DNA from: Syncephalis fuscata S228
Lineage: Eukaryota; Fungi; Zoopagomycota
Direction: 5' to 3'
Length of the DNA: 64,000 nucleotides
Assembly (NCBI GenBank): GCA_025786725.1
Contig: JAHLTZ010000029.1
Location: forward strand, 124,001 to 188,000
The translations under genes were made by a program, and so were the position numbers. How positions within the stretch are numbered: the stretch's first letter is position 1; each line of letters opens with the position of its first letter. Shown piece after piece: positions 15,990 through 29,469 of this stretch. The notes beneath the pieces were generated by a model that was given only the letters and a program-made list of their open reading frames with translations, was not told the DNA's origin and ran no database searches.

Positions 15990-17947
15990 TCATTAGTCGA
16001 TTTTAATGTACTTTTAGACTGTTTATCAGTGGTCGTAGATTTTTTAAATGTTTTTTGAGAATCTGTAACATTGTCTTTTGGTATGGATTTGTTTACAGTT
16101 TGTTCAAATCCAATTGCAGTTTTACGTTTCCTTCTACGTTTTGCAGTAGATGACTCCTCAACATTCTCTTCTTTATCGATTACTGTTGATGCTGCTGTGA
16201 ATACATCAATTGATTCTTTAACATCTTTTTCTTTATCGACTCTACTATGCTTTCTTCCACGTTTTACAATATCAGACTCTTTAGTATCTTCTTTTTTATC
16301 AGCTACCGTATATGCTGTTGTTAATACTTCAGTTGACTCTTTGTCGTTTTCTTCTTTATCAACAATATTACGCCTTCTTCCACGCTTTACAGCAATTGAT
16401 TCTTTATCGCCTTCATTTTTATCAACTGCTGTATATGCTGTTGCTAATACTTCAGTTGACTTTTTAATATCATCGTTTTTATCAATTACTGTAGCCTCTT
16501 TAGTATTTTCTTCTTTATCAGTTATATTACGCCTTCTTTTACATTGAGTAGTAATTGATTCTTTAGGTTCTTCTTCTTTATCTGATATTTTGGGTGTTGT
16601 TGCTAATACTTCAGCCAATTCTTTATCGCTTTCATCTTTACCAACTGCTGTAAATGGTGTTGATATCGTCTTTTCTGCTGTTAATGATCGTGGTGCCCTT
16701 TTCTTTTTAGTAAATGAATATAGTTCTTTCTTCTCAATAGCCAAGGTATTTATATCTGCTACCATACTGTCTAATGGATTAGCTTGATATGATGTATCAG
16801 CAACCTTTTCATCTACTTTTTCAATAGTTATATTGCTAGATAGAACTGTATTAACTGGTAATGTTGATGCTGCTTTCTCGATTGTCTTATCGTCTTTAGC
16901 CTTTTTACTTTCTGCTGCTGCCGCTTCCGCTTTCATCTTCTTTTCTTCTATTGTTGTATACATGGGTGCGCCACGCATTTCTATAACTCTATAAAGTTTA
17001 TAACTTACCTATATAATTATTAACACACACACACATATATATATATATATACGTTAATAGAATTAGCATAACTATTACTATAACTTACATAAGCATCAGT
17101 GGCTGCATATTCTTTCTGTTCCGGTGATAGTAACATCCGCTCCCAATTACTCGTTCGTACCGGGCCTTTGTTTAATGTTTTATGTAACTATTCAATAATC
17201 AGTTAGACTAATATATATATATATATATATATATATAACAAGTATATTCACTCACAAGATCGCTAGTTAGTCTAGCAAGTGTTGGTCGTGCAGTTGAATC
17301 GAGTTCAGGCATTACATGACGTGCATTCGTACCAAGTTCAACTAGACCAGCGGTTTTCAAGGTAAACTCTTTGTTTAACCGTGTTGCGTCGCCTGTAACA
17401 TTAACGCCGGTCTTTAACATGCGAGGATCTTCAAGAAATTCCTTTAATGAATCGGGAAATGCTTCATTTGCATCATTAATAATAATAATATTATTATAAT
17501 ACTACAATGCAATATACTTAATTAATTACCTTCCATATGAACTAAATGTAATAATGCCACCATTTGCCCATCACAAATTTGTACAAGTGCCGTGGGTCGT
17601 TGTGGTCCATGCCATGCTATACGCCATTCAGCATCAAATCCAAATACGTTACCACTAGTTGTATCGATTATTAATACAGGCTATTTTAATAGCTAATTAA
17701 CTCTATACCTTAGTGTTTGCATAATACGGTCAGCTGTTATAGCAGAACGAGCATACTTCAATTCATATTTAGTTTGTGTATCATCACGATAGGAAATAAT
17801 TGGCAGGTTAGACGTTGACGTGGTCTCTTTTTGAGCTGGAGGCTTTTGTGGTTCTAGCGGTACAGTTGGCTGACCAAGTGCGCGTAGTTTTTTATTAAGA
17901 AAGTAGCGTCGCCAATAATCAGCTGTTCTTTGCACGCCACTATACAT
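15767..17947 (-). CDS. WRN-type DEDDy 3'-5' exonuclease with a repetitive charged C-terminal tail
   Basis: Exons give VFGFDAEW, PTALVQI, FPDSLKEFLEDPRMLKTGVNVTGDATRL and RTSNWERMLLSPEQKEYAATDAY (ExoI/II/III motifs). Confidence 0.85.
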
Positions 17948-18522
17948 GGTATTTATTATTTATTAGTTAAAGTAACGCGTAATTATAAACATACTGGGTA
18001 ATAGACTTGCTTGTCATGGCGATAGTTTAGACTTTAGCGTGTATTTTGATCAGGTACAGAGTGCCAGTAGTTAATATGCAATAAGAGAAGAAGAGAAAGA
18101 GAGGAATGGAAAGAAGAAAAGTACGCGAAATACAAGCAATAGTAGGAATGGTGGCAGTAGTGGTAGCAATAATAACGGCGTGGTAATTAATTTACTAAGA
18201 GAAGGAAAGAAAAATCAGTCTTTTAATTTTGATTTATTAATAAGTTAAAGTAATTATTTGTAGTGAGTCTTTGAATTCTGTATTGCATCTATTTAGTCAT
18301 AACAACAACAATAATGGTTGTACAATAGAATAACTACAGAGTCAGGATAGATAACAAAATAAACGTAATAGTTACAACATAGAATACTAAGAATCTATAG
18401 TTAGTTATATAAATGAAAAGTTCTACATCTTTAAATTTAATAGACTTATTAATTATGGTAATTAAAACATTATAATAGAATAGCTAGGTAACCGTAAGTG
18501 TTTTTTTTATTAACATCATGAT

Positions 18523-19036
18523 CTAATCAAGTTTCTGTTTGTTTTCAGCCCGGTCTTCAAGGAAAGCAACAGCAACATATCCAAGAACAACAACATTGGC
18601 TACAATAATTGATGCGATTGCACTATGTGTAATATTACCTATAATAGACCAATGGTTAATAAAAGTGACATAGTCAAAGTAGTGAATAGTAAACGTCATA
18701 CGTACCATTAAAGTAATCTTGTGAAAAGTAAAAGGTAGCAATAGGGCCTATTGCTAGACCAACTACAAATACGGCTAGTTTGGCTAGTGTTGCTCTATTT
18801 ATTAGTATATAGATAGATAGATAGATAGATTAGCATTCAAATAGTCAGTATATAAAAATAACTAAAGCAACGCATAGTCATAATACAAGTATAACATACC
18901 CTGTAACACTAGGCCCAACATATCCAACACCTATAGGACGACCAGTAGCAGAGTTGGATGCCAGTGCCGCAGCCTTGACAGCCGATATTTTAGTCTCAGA
19001 GGTTGAAGTGGAAGCAGCAGATTGTCGCAACGACAT
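18523..19036 (-). CDS. VMA21: V-ATPase assembly factor Vma21-like small membrane protein
   Basis: Two hydrophobic helices; C-terminal NITHSAIASIIVANVVVLGYVAVAFLED...KQKLD with a di-lysine-like ER retrieval end; ATG at 19036; apparent indel near 18745. Confidence 0.8.
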
Positions 19037-19199
19037 GGTGTGTTATTTAGGTGGTAAATACTGCTTAATGTGATAAAAGTGAATAAAGAACAATTGGCCT
19101 ATTATAAAATAACAACTATGGCTTTTACTTTTAACTGACCATCCTACAACTTGAACACACACACACGCGCACACGCACGTACACTCCTTTTATTGCACT

Positions 19200-20729
19200 A
19201 TGCCTGTGAATCCACGTGTATTTCTCGACGTGGACATTGACGGTAAACGAGGTAAGTGAATTGTAGGTTTGCGTAAAGTATCTAATCTAACGCTATATTC
19301 ATTTAGTGGGACGGTAAGTATTGCAGTATTAATGGACAGCCATAAACATTTAACACTTGTGCTGGCCTAATACAAATAGGATCGTTATAGAATTATTTGC
19401 CGATGAAGTGCCAGTAACTGCTGAGAATTTCCGTGCACTATGTACTGGAGAACGTGGAATGGGCCAGCAAAGTAATATGCCACTTCACTTTCGTGGCTCT
19501 ATCTTTCACCGGTAAGTGTTTGATTAATGAATAGCCAATGGACATTATTATAATTGAACAATATATTAGTATTATAAAGGGATTTATGATCCAAGGTGGA
19601 GGTAAATAGCTCTATTCTACATTAATAGCCATTAAACATGTATAATAGATTTTACAAGACGTAATGGCACAGGCGGTGAAAGTATCTACGGTGGCAAGTT
19701 TAATGATGAATCATTTAAACGGAAACATGATACCCATGGACTATTATCAATGGCTAATCGAGGCCCTAATACAAATAGCTCTCAATTCTTCATAACTACA
19801 CGTCCTACACCTCATTTAGATAACAAGCATGTTGTATTTGGACGAGTTATACGTGGTTTTGATGAGGTTGTAACTGTTGTTGAGAATACATCTGTAGATG
19901 CTAATGATCGGCCTATTGCCATTGTTATGATTGCTAATTGTGGCGAGCTTGAATTACGCTTGCCTCCTGGTAGGATTCATGATTGTATTAATAAATACTA
20001 CTAATTAATGCATATATATATCAGGAAAAGAACTTCCATCAACATCTACAACAACAACAAGAACAACAACAACAAAGGCAACGACTGATAAGAAGGACAG
20101 GAAAAAGAAGAAAAAGAAACAACGATCGGAAAGCGATATGAGTTCAGACACTAATTCATCTGCATCAAATAATAATAGTGACTCGGTATCAGACAGTGAC
20201 TCTGACCGTGAACGTAAACGTGGACGTGATCGTCGTCGTCATGATCGTCGTCGTCGCGATGACCGTCGTAAGAAAGATCATAGTATGGATCGTGAAAGAT
20301 CACGTTTACCATCAGTTAAAGATGAGAAGAAGGAAGATACGGCATCTACTAGTATGGTGGATCGTTCTCGTTCTCGTTCTCGTTCTCGTTCTCCAGTACG
20401 TGTAGAACGTAATAAGAGTCGATCAACCAGTAGAGATCGTCAGCATGATGCTCGTCGACGTAGTCCTAGACGGCCACATTATAGGAGTAATTACAACAGT
20501 AATGACAGATATCGTGATCGTTCTCGTAGTCCACATCGTTCAAATTATCAACGCGATCCAGTTCAAGATACATCAGATACTGTTGAATCTAGTAGTGGAG
20601 TCAAGTACAAAGGCCGTGGTCGTATGGTAAGTAATTGTTGGTTATCAGTATGTAACAGTAGTTAATCTATTTATTCATTAGAAATACCGAGAGAGCTGGT
20701 CAAGGAGTAGTAACTATTATTCACGATAA
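19200..20729 (+). CDS. Cyclophilin-type PPIase with RS-rich C-terminus (PPIG/SR-cyclophilin-like)
   Basis: [94 protein letters not shown]. Confidence 0.92.
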
Positions 20730-21357
20730 TCTACTATCCAAATAGCTTAAATATTTATAATAAATAAAGTTATTTAAGCTTATAATAATGGAATTATTTA
20801 TTAATATTATCGAATTTCAAAACTGGTTTAAAGTGATATTTGTAATACTAGAATATCTATTGCTACTTTTGTATATTTATATACACAGCAATTGATAAAA
20901 TATAGCTTATATTTATTAATATTTTATTTAAAAACTAATAGTACCTTGATAACAACTATCTAGTTATCTATATTAAGTACAATGAACAATATTGGCTAAT
21001 CCGTAGTAATACAAGATTGATATAGATTATCAATAAATATACTTTCATTATGACGTCGATTGGCGTTGCAATAAGTAAAATGTGTGTGTGTGTGTGATGT
21101 CAGTTTGTGTCATTATGATCCATTATGGGTGGTGGTGTTAATAGTGTTCATATGAGGCCCTTTTAACTACGTAAGTCTGTTATATTTCCACGTTAAGCGA
21201 CGCTCACTTCTCGCTTCTTTCTCTTTCTCTCCTTGACATTTGGCGGCCTTGTTATATTGATTGTGGTTCTCCTATCAACCAATACTCGTTTGATTCTGTA
21301 TTTTATAGTTGAAATACCCTAATTACTACCATTCTTAGTCAAGTATAGCTATTCATC

Positions 21358-22943
21358 ATGTCTGATGAGGAATTTGATTCGTTTGGTGAAGACGAATATG
21401 ACAGTGACACTATGGCTTTTGACGATGACGACGACGTCTATACCAGTGAGCCGGATGAACCTGACACTGCCACATTTACCACTGAAAAGACTCGGGCCGA
21501 CTATGAGGTGGAGTTTCGCGTGCTAAGTCCGGACGATATCCAGATGCTGCAAGACAATGAGACCCGTCAAGTAGAGGGTATACTGGGAATACCGGCTGAA
21601 CGTAGTGCTATATTGCTACGCTACTTTAAATGGAACAAAGAGCGGCTTATTGAGCGATATATGGACTCGCCGGACACGGTACTGCAAAAGGCCGGTGTTA
21701 TTACAGACGATAGCGCTGCTCCTAAAATCACCCCTGCACCAGAAGGCTTTAGCTGTGAGATCTGCTATGACGACGAGCCAGAAATTGAGTCACTGGCTTT
21801 AAGATGCGGCCATCGATTCTGTAGCTCTTGCTATGAACAATATTTAATCAAAAAGATAACCAACGATGGTGAATCGCGACGTATTCAGTGTGCAGCCACT
21901 GGTTGCAGTGTCATTGTCGACGAACGCACTGTCGAACGTCTTGTGAGGCCAGATGTTTACAAGCGTTATCGTATGTTGCTTATGCGCACATTTGTCGATG
22001 ACAATCCTCAATTACGCTGGTGTCCAGCACCATCCTGCGAGTATGCCGTCGAATGTGCTGTGCCACAGGCAGCATTAAATACCATTGTACCAACGGTGCA
22101 GTGTCGATGCGGCACAACATTCTGCCATGGCTGTGGTCTAGAGGACCATTTGCCGTGTATTTGTCATATTGTAAGATTGTGGCTACGCAAATGTGCCGAT
22201 GACTCCGAGACAAGTAACTGGATCCATGCCAACACCAAAGAATGTATTAAATGCCACAGCACTATTGAAAAGAATGGTGGCTGTAATCATATGACCTGTA
22301 GAAAATGCCAACATGAATTCTGTTGGGTATGTTTAGGCCCATGGTCTGAACACGGCACAAATTGGTATAGCTGTAATAGATTTGATGAATCAAGCAGTAA
22401 AGATGCACGTGATTCACAGGCAAAGTCACGTAAGCAACTTGAACGCTATTTGCATGTAAGTGGATCATTTAATAGCAATTGTACAGTATATTAATCATTA
22501 TTTTATTGTAGTATTACAATCGATATGCTAATCACGATCAATCAGCTCGACTAGATAAAGAACTACATACAAAAACAGAAAAGAAGATGGAGGAGATGCA
22601 ACGAACATCTGACCTTTCATGGATCGAAGTGCAATTTTTACGTACTGCAGTGGATAAATTGGTCGAATGCCGTATGACGCTGAAGTGGACCTATGCATTT
22701 GCTTACTACTTGGAACGTAATAACCAGACTACACTATTTGAAGATAATCAACGTGATTTAGAAATGGCAGTAGAATCTTTATCGGAATTATTGGAACAGC
22801 CTATAGAACCACTGGCTATTAAAGAACTAAAGCAAAAGGTGTTGAACAAAAGTAGCTATGTAGCTAAACGACGAGAAACACTTTTGGAAGATACAGCGCG
22901 TGGATTATCTGAAGATCGATGGAAATACCAAACAGATATATAA
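21358..22943 (+). CDS. Ariadne-family RBR E3 ubiquitin ligase (ARIH1/Hel1-like), one intron
   Basis: Acidic N-terminus, RING1 (CEICY...CGHRFC), IBR (WCPAPSC...CHGC), RING2 (CIKC...KNGGCNHMTC) and ariadne domain (TLKWTYAFAYYL). Confidence 0.95.
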
Positions 22944-23312
22944 AATAGTAGTGGTAGTATTAGTAGAAAGTATTATGCTTACTACTATTCATGTCTTGTA
23001 TTAATGGCTTATTATTGCTATTATTGCTATTGTTAGTGTTATGGCATTGATAATAGATAATATAGAGTAACAAACATTGTAACAAGGTGTCTTTATTTTC
23101 TGCTTTTTCATTTTAATTTTATAGACGTACACCTTTATTAATGATCATAATCGTTTAGCTACACATTAGTGGCTATCGATCAACTGATCTTTAATTGAAT
23201 TTCATTTATTATTATATTATTTTTATCGTTCGTTAGTAAATAGTGATGGTTAAGGAGAATAGTTATATATTTATGTGTATTTACTAAAACAAATGTATAT
23301 TTGTACGCAATA

Positions 23313-26168
23313 TCAATAAATGGGCGATCCAGGAGGTGAACTACCACTATTACCATCACTATCTGACGATAGAGTAATAATAGGTGGTGATTCTTCAATA
23401 CTACTGCTTATAGATGTCGATGATATGGTGGTACGTCGATGGAAATGATTGACCATATAGCGTGATGGTAATTTACCAGTTATTGTACTTTCATCGATAT
23501 CTTCAATGGATAGAGCACGTTTCCTTGATAGTATAGTGCGGGTAGGTGATGATTCGGTTGATTTAGTAGATTCTACACTAGTAGATTGGACTGTTGTGCT
23601 ATACAATGAAGCTATAGTATTATTTGTAAATATATATATATATCTATCAAGTTATTATTATTTAATATGTATTACCTTTAGATTGTGCCAAGGCTTGTCT
23701 ACGGGTTATTGGTGAAGTAGATGTTGATTTTGTCCTAGTAGACTTTGAATATCGATTTGATAAAGGAGAATGTTTATTTTGTTGTTTATAGTGTAAATCT
23801 TGTATTTCCTCATTAGATGGAGGGTGTTCTAAATGAATAAACACATATCATATTGATATTAGTATAGTCTATAAACTAGTAATCTTATCTATATTACCTC
23901 TTTATCGGTCGTTGTATTAGCTGTTGGTGTAATACACGAATCATTTATCAGTTTTGATAATTCTACCGACTTTTTAGGAGATAAAGTATCATTAATAATA
24001 TTAGAAGATGTGCCTTGTCTAGTCCTTGTTGATATCGGTGTTGTTAATGGAACAATGGATAATCAGTAGCAACTGAAGAAGGAGAAGGGGGAGATGAGGT
24101 CATAACATCTGTTTCTAGTGAAGGTGTTGAATTAATAAGATTGTATGCTTCCTCGATTCGTTAGATTGTTCAGTATCTGATGATTTGTCAATACTGGTGG
24201 ATGTTGCACTGGCTAGAAATTCTTCTACAGATAATGTACGTAATAAAGTTAATGGTTTCTTCTTATTGCTATTAATACTAGTACTGGAGAAATATGGACT
24301 AACTTTCTCAGTACTAGGTATAGCTAATGGTTTTGTTATGGCTGTATTAACCGTTGTATCTGTTGTTGTTGTTGTTGTTGTGGTGGTGGTGGTGGTGGTT
24401 ATAGACGATTCAACTAGTGCTGACCGACTAGGTAGACGTCGCTGAAAAAGCGATGTTGATTTTGCTTTTAATAAAGAAAGTATATTTGGTTGCGATAGTT
24501 CTTGCTTTGCTTTAGACACCACGATGACTCTGATTCAACAATACTTTTTGTAAGTTTAGCGGCAAAACTAACATTGGGTGTGACTTTCTGCTTTGTCGGT
24601 GATCTTCTTGGTAACAGTATCTATATATTAATTATTGTTAGTATGAATAAATACTATTATACTAGGCATTTACCCGTGTAGACCGAGGTGATAATGTTGA
24701 TCGACGTGGTGATCCATATACCTTGGTCAGTGGTCTAAATGGAATTGTTGTGGCATGTTTAGTTTGAGTAGTTAACTTGAATGGTTCTTTCGTAGTTGGA
24801 TCCACGTCCCCTATGGCAATAGCTATTGCCAAATCTTTATCTAAATCACTAATTATAATTACAGTAAAGATTATACTTAAACTAGCAATCTATATACTAT
24901 GTAGTTATGTAACGCATTAACCATAGCGATATAAAAAGGATACGGTCCCAAATACAGTGTATCTTCTTTAGCCACTTCTGGCGATAGTTCAGTCAAATGA
25001 GCTAGTTGTTTATTCGCCGTGTCATAAACCCGTTGGTGTAGAAATGTTAATTCTGCTTCTTTAAATAGACGTCGATATTCATCATTTACTGGAAATCCAT
25101 CTTTTTTTACTCCATTTAACATCTTATTAATAAAAGTTAATAAAATGACATTTATATTAATCCAATTATAATTTACACACCTGTTCAAGTGTTTTATACA
25201 TTGTTACATATTTGTGTGCTCGTTTCAATCCCATGCCTGGTAATGACTTTAAGTAATCACATCCTGATAGAATACACCAACGACGAAAGTCTGTACTGGT
25301 CCAATTAACAAGACTAATGCCTCGATTGGATGATAAATCTTCTTGACGTATTTCCATGCCATGTCCATATTGATCCATTTTAAATATGACCTGCTTCTTC
25401 GGTGAGTACATACAAATATTGTAATTGTATTGTACTTACACGCGAACATCCAAATACTAATAGATCGGAATCTTCGGTTATAATGGCGTCTACTACACCA
25501 GTGCGTGACAAGTAGGCCAGTTGAGCATCTGCTTCATAAGGTGCAACGACATATTTGATATTTTCTTTACGTAAGGCCTAATAAATAGCAGCAATATTAA
25601 GGTAAGTAATTGAATATCTGTAATTAATCATTTACCTCGATAAGCTGACGGGCCAGCTGCGGTGTTACGTCTAAAGATCGTTGGAAATGCTCAAAAGCAA
25701 GTCGACTTTGGCCAGTTTTTTGATATTGTAATGCTTTCTCAAGACTTTCTGCTCGACGTCTATCATAACATATTAAATTTATAAGTTATGCTTTAGTTTA
25801 AACGTATATAAGCAACATACGTGGCACGCTCTTGCTCAGTTACAGCCTTGGCCGGTAGAGGTGCTCCGTCAAATACGAGTAATGGCGTAACGCCAAAATG
25901 CTTTAGTAAACGTACTCGATGCATACAATAATCTACATATCTATAATAATAATAATAATAATAATTAACTTACTAATAACTATATCGTTGCTAAAACTTG
26001 TACTTACTTGCGTGTCGGTTTCGACATACCAAGTTCAGCCGCACAGCCATAAGTACCGCGATGTAGCCATACATATGCATCGATAGCAACACATTGACCA
26101 GCCAGCGCCGATATATGTACCGGCTTTTGTATGCTTTTTAAAAGCGGCAACAGTCCACTAATACCCAT
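23313..26168 (-). CDS. EXO1: Exonuclease 1 (XPG/Rad2 family), multi-exon
   Basis: [74 protein letters not shown]; the S/T-rich tail and the 3' end are less certain. Confidence 0.92.
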
Positions 26169-26280
26169 ACTAACGTCAAATAGCCAGTAACTCTGGCAAT
26201 AGCAAACGTAGTAAAAGGTAAAGCTTGTTAGCCGTACAATTTAGTTTAAATAGAAAGCTTAAAAAATAACCACGATAACA

Positions 26281-26281
26281 A

Positions 26282-26357
<76 letters not shown>
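26281..26357. repeat. Compound (TAC)n(TAA)n microsatellite
   Basis: Directly visible between EXO1 and PXMP4. Confidence 0.9.
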
Positions 26358-26359
<2 letters not shown>

Positions 26360-26620
26360 CAAGACGCGAGCTTGTTAAATCAAACAAAAAAAAGATAACA
26401 ATATTGTGTGTGTGTGTTTCTGGCAATAATTGACGAAAAAAGACGTTTTAATTTAATTTAACTACGACTTGTAGAATCATAGTCCGTTACAACTCAGTAC
26501 AATTCATAGTAGAGTGGATTTCCACTTTTATTATTACTACCGTAGTATTATAGGTACAATTAATTAATCAATATATATAGCGTTAATAATCATATTTAAT
26601 GATATAAGAGTGGCAGTTAT

Positions 26621-27365
26621 TTATTTGTTATGCCATAAAAAATTCTTTAAGGTCGACCAATGATTTGAGTCGAGATAAAGATATTGCATTGATGCCTGAA
26701 GCGATGGCTGCACGACAGGACGTTCATGACGAAATAGCCACATAATAGCACCCCATGAAAGTGCAGCAAATATTGGGAATGCTTGAGGTGGTTCACGAGG
26801 TAGCAGTCCTTTACGAGCTGGCATCTTGGCCAATCCAAGCATAACGCGAGCAAATACATAAAGAACAATCTATATTATTAGTGTCATTCAAGGAATAATG
26901 TCAGTATCGTGTCGTATTCATCTCTATTTTATTGATAACTTGCCTGCTTATTCACGCTATTGTTCTTGCCAAAGATGTAGTAGCCACCAACAAGTCCAGA
27001 TATAAATGCGTGAATACCATACTCTTTATTGTTGCATGCCTTTTTCTGCAATAGCATTAATGTCTTGTAGATGGTTACGAAAAAGGCAAGGTTACGCGCA
27101 TGTGTCTTTGTCGCATTGAAAATAATACGTGCTTTCTCTTGGAACCTAGTCGCGATAGCGTTGTAAGTAAGAGTGCTTCAGAATGCCTCATCGCTGCCAT
27201 AGAAGCGGCTAATACTTACGTGCCATCGCGAAAGAGAAACGTCATGACCAATGCATGAGGAAAGCGGATCTTTGCGCCGTAGACCGCGCCATTACGAAAG
27301 CCCTTTACAATACCGAGTACATCTTGGTACTGCGGGTCATTGATAAACTCTGTTATGCTTTCCAT
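26621..27365 (-). CDS. PXMP4: Peroxisomal membrane protein 4 (PXMP4/PMP24, Tim17/22/23 family)
   Basis: KGFRNGAVYGAKIRFPHALVMTFLF, THARNLAFFV, WGAIMWLFRHE...LQASMQYLYLDSNHW. Confidence 0.93.
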
Positions 27366-29469
27366 ATTGACGGACACTTTGGATGATAAACAGGTGGTGG
27401 AGTTGAATAAAGACGATAGTTAGTGGTGTGTACGTATAAATATACACGAAGAAAGACACAGTGAAAGCAAATAGTAGTAGTAGGAGGTATAATAATAAAG
27501 CAACTGTTGTTACAAAGTAGTAATATAGTATTAATGTTGATATGTGTATTGTGATGGGAATAGCTTAATAGAATATCGCGGCATATTAGTTACCGATTAT
27601 GTGAGGTGACCTCGTGCACATGCAAGTCTGTAAATATAAATACGATGTTTTTGCGTTCTATTTCTCATTAAAGTTTCCATACCAACTTTTTTATTAAAAT
27701 AAAGTACTTATACGTACTATTACTGTTATATTTGATATTTGGCTTTAAGTTAATATGTTAAATTTCTTTTCTTATTTTGTTGAAACGTAAAATGCTATAA
27801 ATTCGAATGAATAAATAAAGAGAATATATTAAAATAGCGATAGAAATACAGTATGTTTAAGTGAGACTGAGTTGAAATCTACGAATAATATAGATAGTAA
27901 TAAAAATGACTTTTATCAATCAAGCGTGCTTAATATATAATACAATGCTGTAAAATAAAATAAGTACACAACTAGAAAGAATAAATAAATATTATGAATA
28001 AAACATAAGCTAGACATGAAAGTACTATTATCACTTTTGACTACGTCTGAGCATATGGGCAACGCTTAACAAATAATTGAAGGATCAATGAGAGGTCAAA
28101 TCGGTATTGTAATAATATTGTTGCTTTAGCCTACACATGGCGAATAGATAAACAAAATATAATAGGCTTTATTACTACAAAAATAGCATTAAGTTAGGTG
28201 AAGCTGTGCGAATTACGTCAGTGTGGCTAAACTGATCTTAGGTGCGCCAACGATGACAATGTTTTTTGTATATCAATCCACAAGACCACAATATTACACT
28301 AAAGTGGCGTTTATTCAACTGCATTGTTAAATGTAAAGAGAAATAAACGTTGTTTGTGTCTTTTCACACAAAGTTTACCTGTTTTTCTACCGGTTTCTGT
28401 CTTGGCTTGTTCTTTTGCAAACAATGCTATTCAATACGTTATTATGATTACTTTTCAGAAGCATTGACAACTAACTAGAGTTTGAATGGCCACTGACTGA
28501 TGTGCAGTCCACTGTCAACGTGTAGATAAAATCAATATTATATGGCTAAAATTGCTTGTTAAACGTAGTTTGCAATGTGCTTATTGAATTGTGTGTAATT
28601 CAGTAAATGAAGGCTACATTGCACCTGAATGATCAATGGCATCAGTAAGAGTGAGTTGTTTTATTATTGAAATGCTATAGTGAATTATGTTACAAAGAGT
28701 GCTTACTACAGTGCCAATCACTGGCTGATTTTAAAATTTACCAATTGATGCGTTAACAATGATACGGCATGCACAAGGGTATATTAAGATGTGATGTTTT
28801 GTAAATTAGATACGTTGCTTATTTGTGTAAAGGTAGTTACAGTATAGTTGAAGGAGCATTTGCCAATCAGTATATTTTATAGCCTGAAGAACAATGGCTG
28901 ATTTACGTACAACAATCTATACTTGCACAAAACACAAGTTTAATGCAATATAGTGCTGCAATATAACTATATACTTTGTTCAAGCGTAGGTAAATATTGT
29001 CATTAAAATCTTTAAGGAAAATGGGAATAAAGATACAACAATGTTAGCATTATTATTCTTACAAAGACAATACATTCATTTGGCACAAAAATATTGAATT
29101 TTTTATAGCATAATGTGGAGTGATATGCCATTTACATAGCACATGCAATTTATAATTAATAGTGTTGCACAACCTGTGTAAATTTAAATAGGTTATAACA
29201 AAGAACTAAGCTGCAAACTATTGCATCACTAATCTATTAATATACATTTGTTTCAAATTATTGCATGAATATATTGCTATAGATTATACAATACATTTTT
29301 TTGATATTCCAGCATATTCATGAACTTAAATAGCCTGCACAATACACAGAAATAGCTATTGGTATCAACAACACATCCTGATTTTTATCAAATAAGCAAC
29401 TCTATCTAGTTTCTATTAATCGCGTTTTATTATTTACTCTAATTGCATTTCCATCAAATTAATATCATC

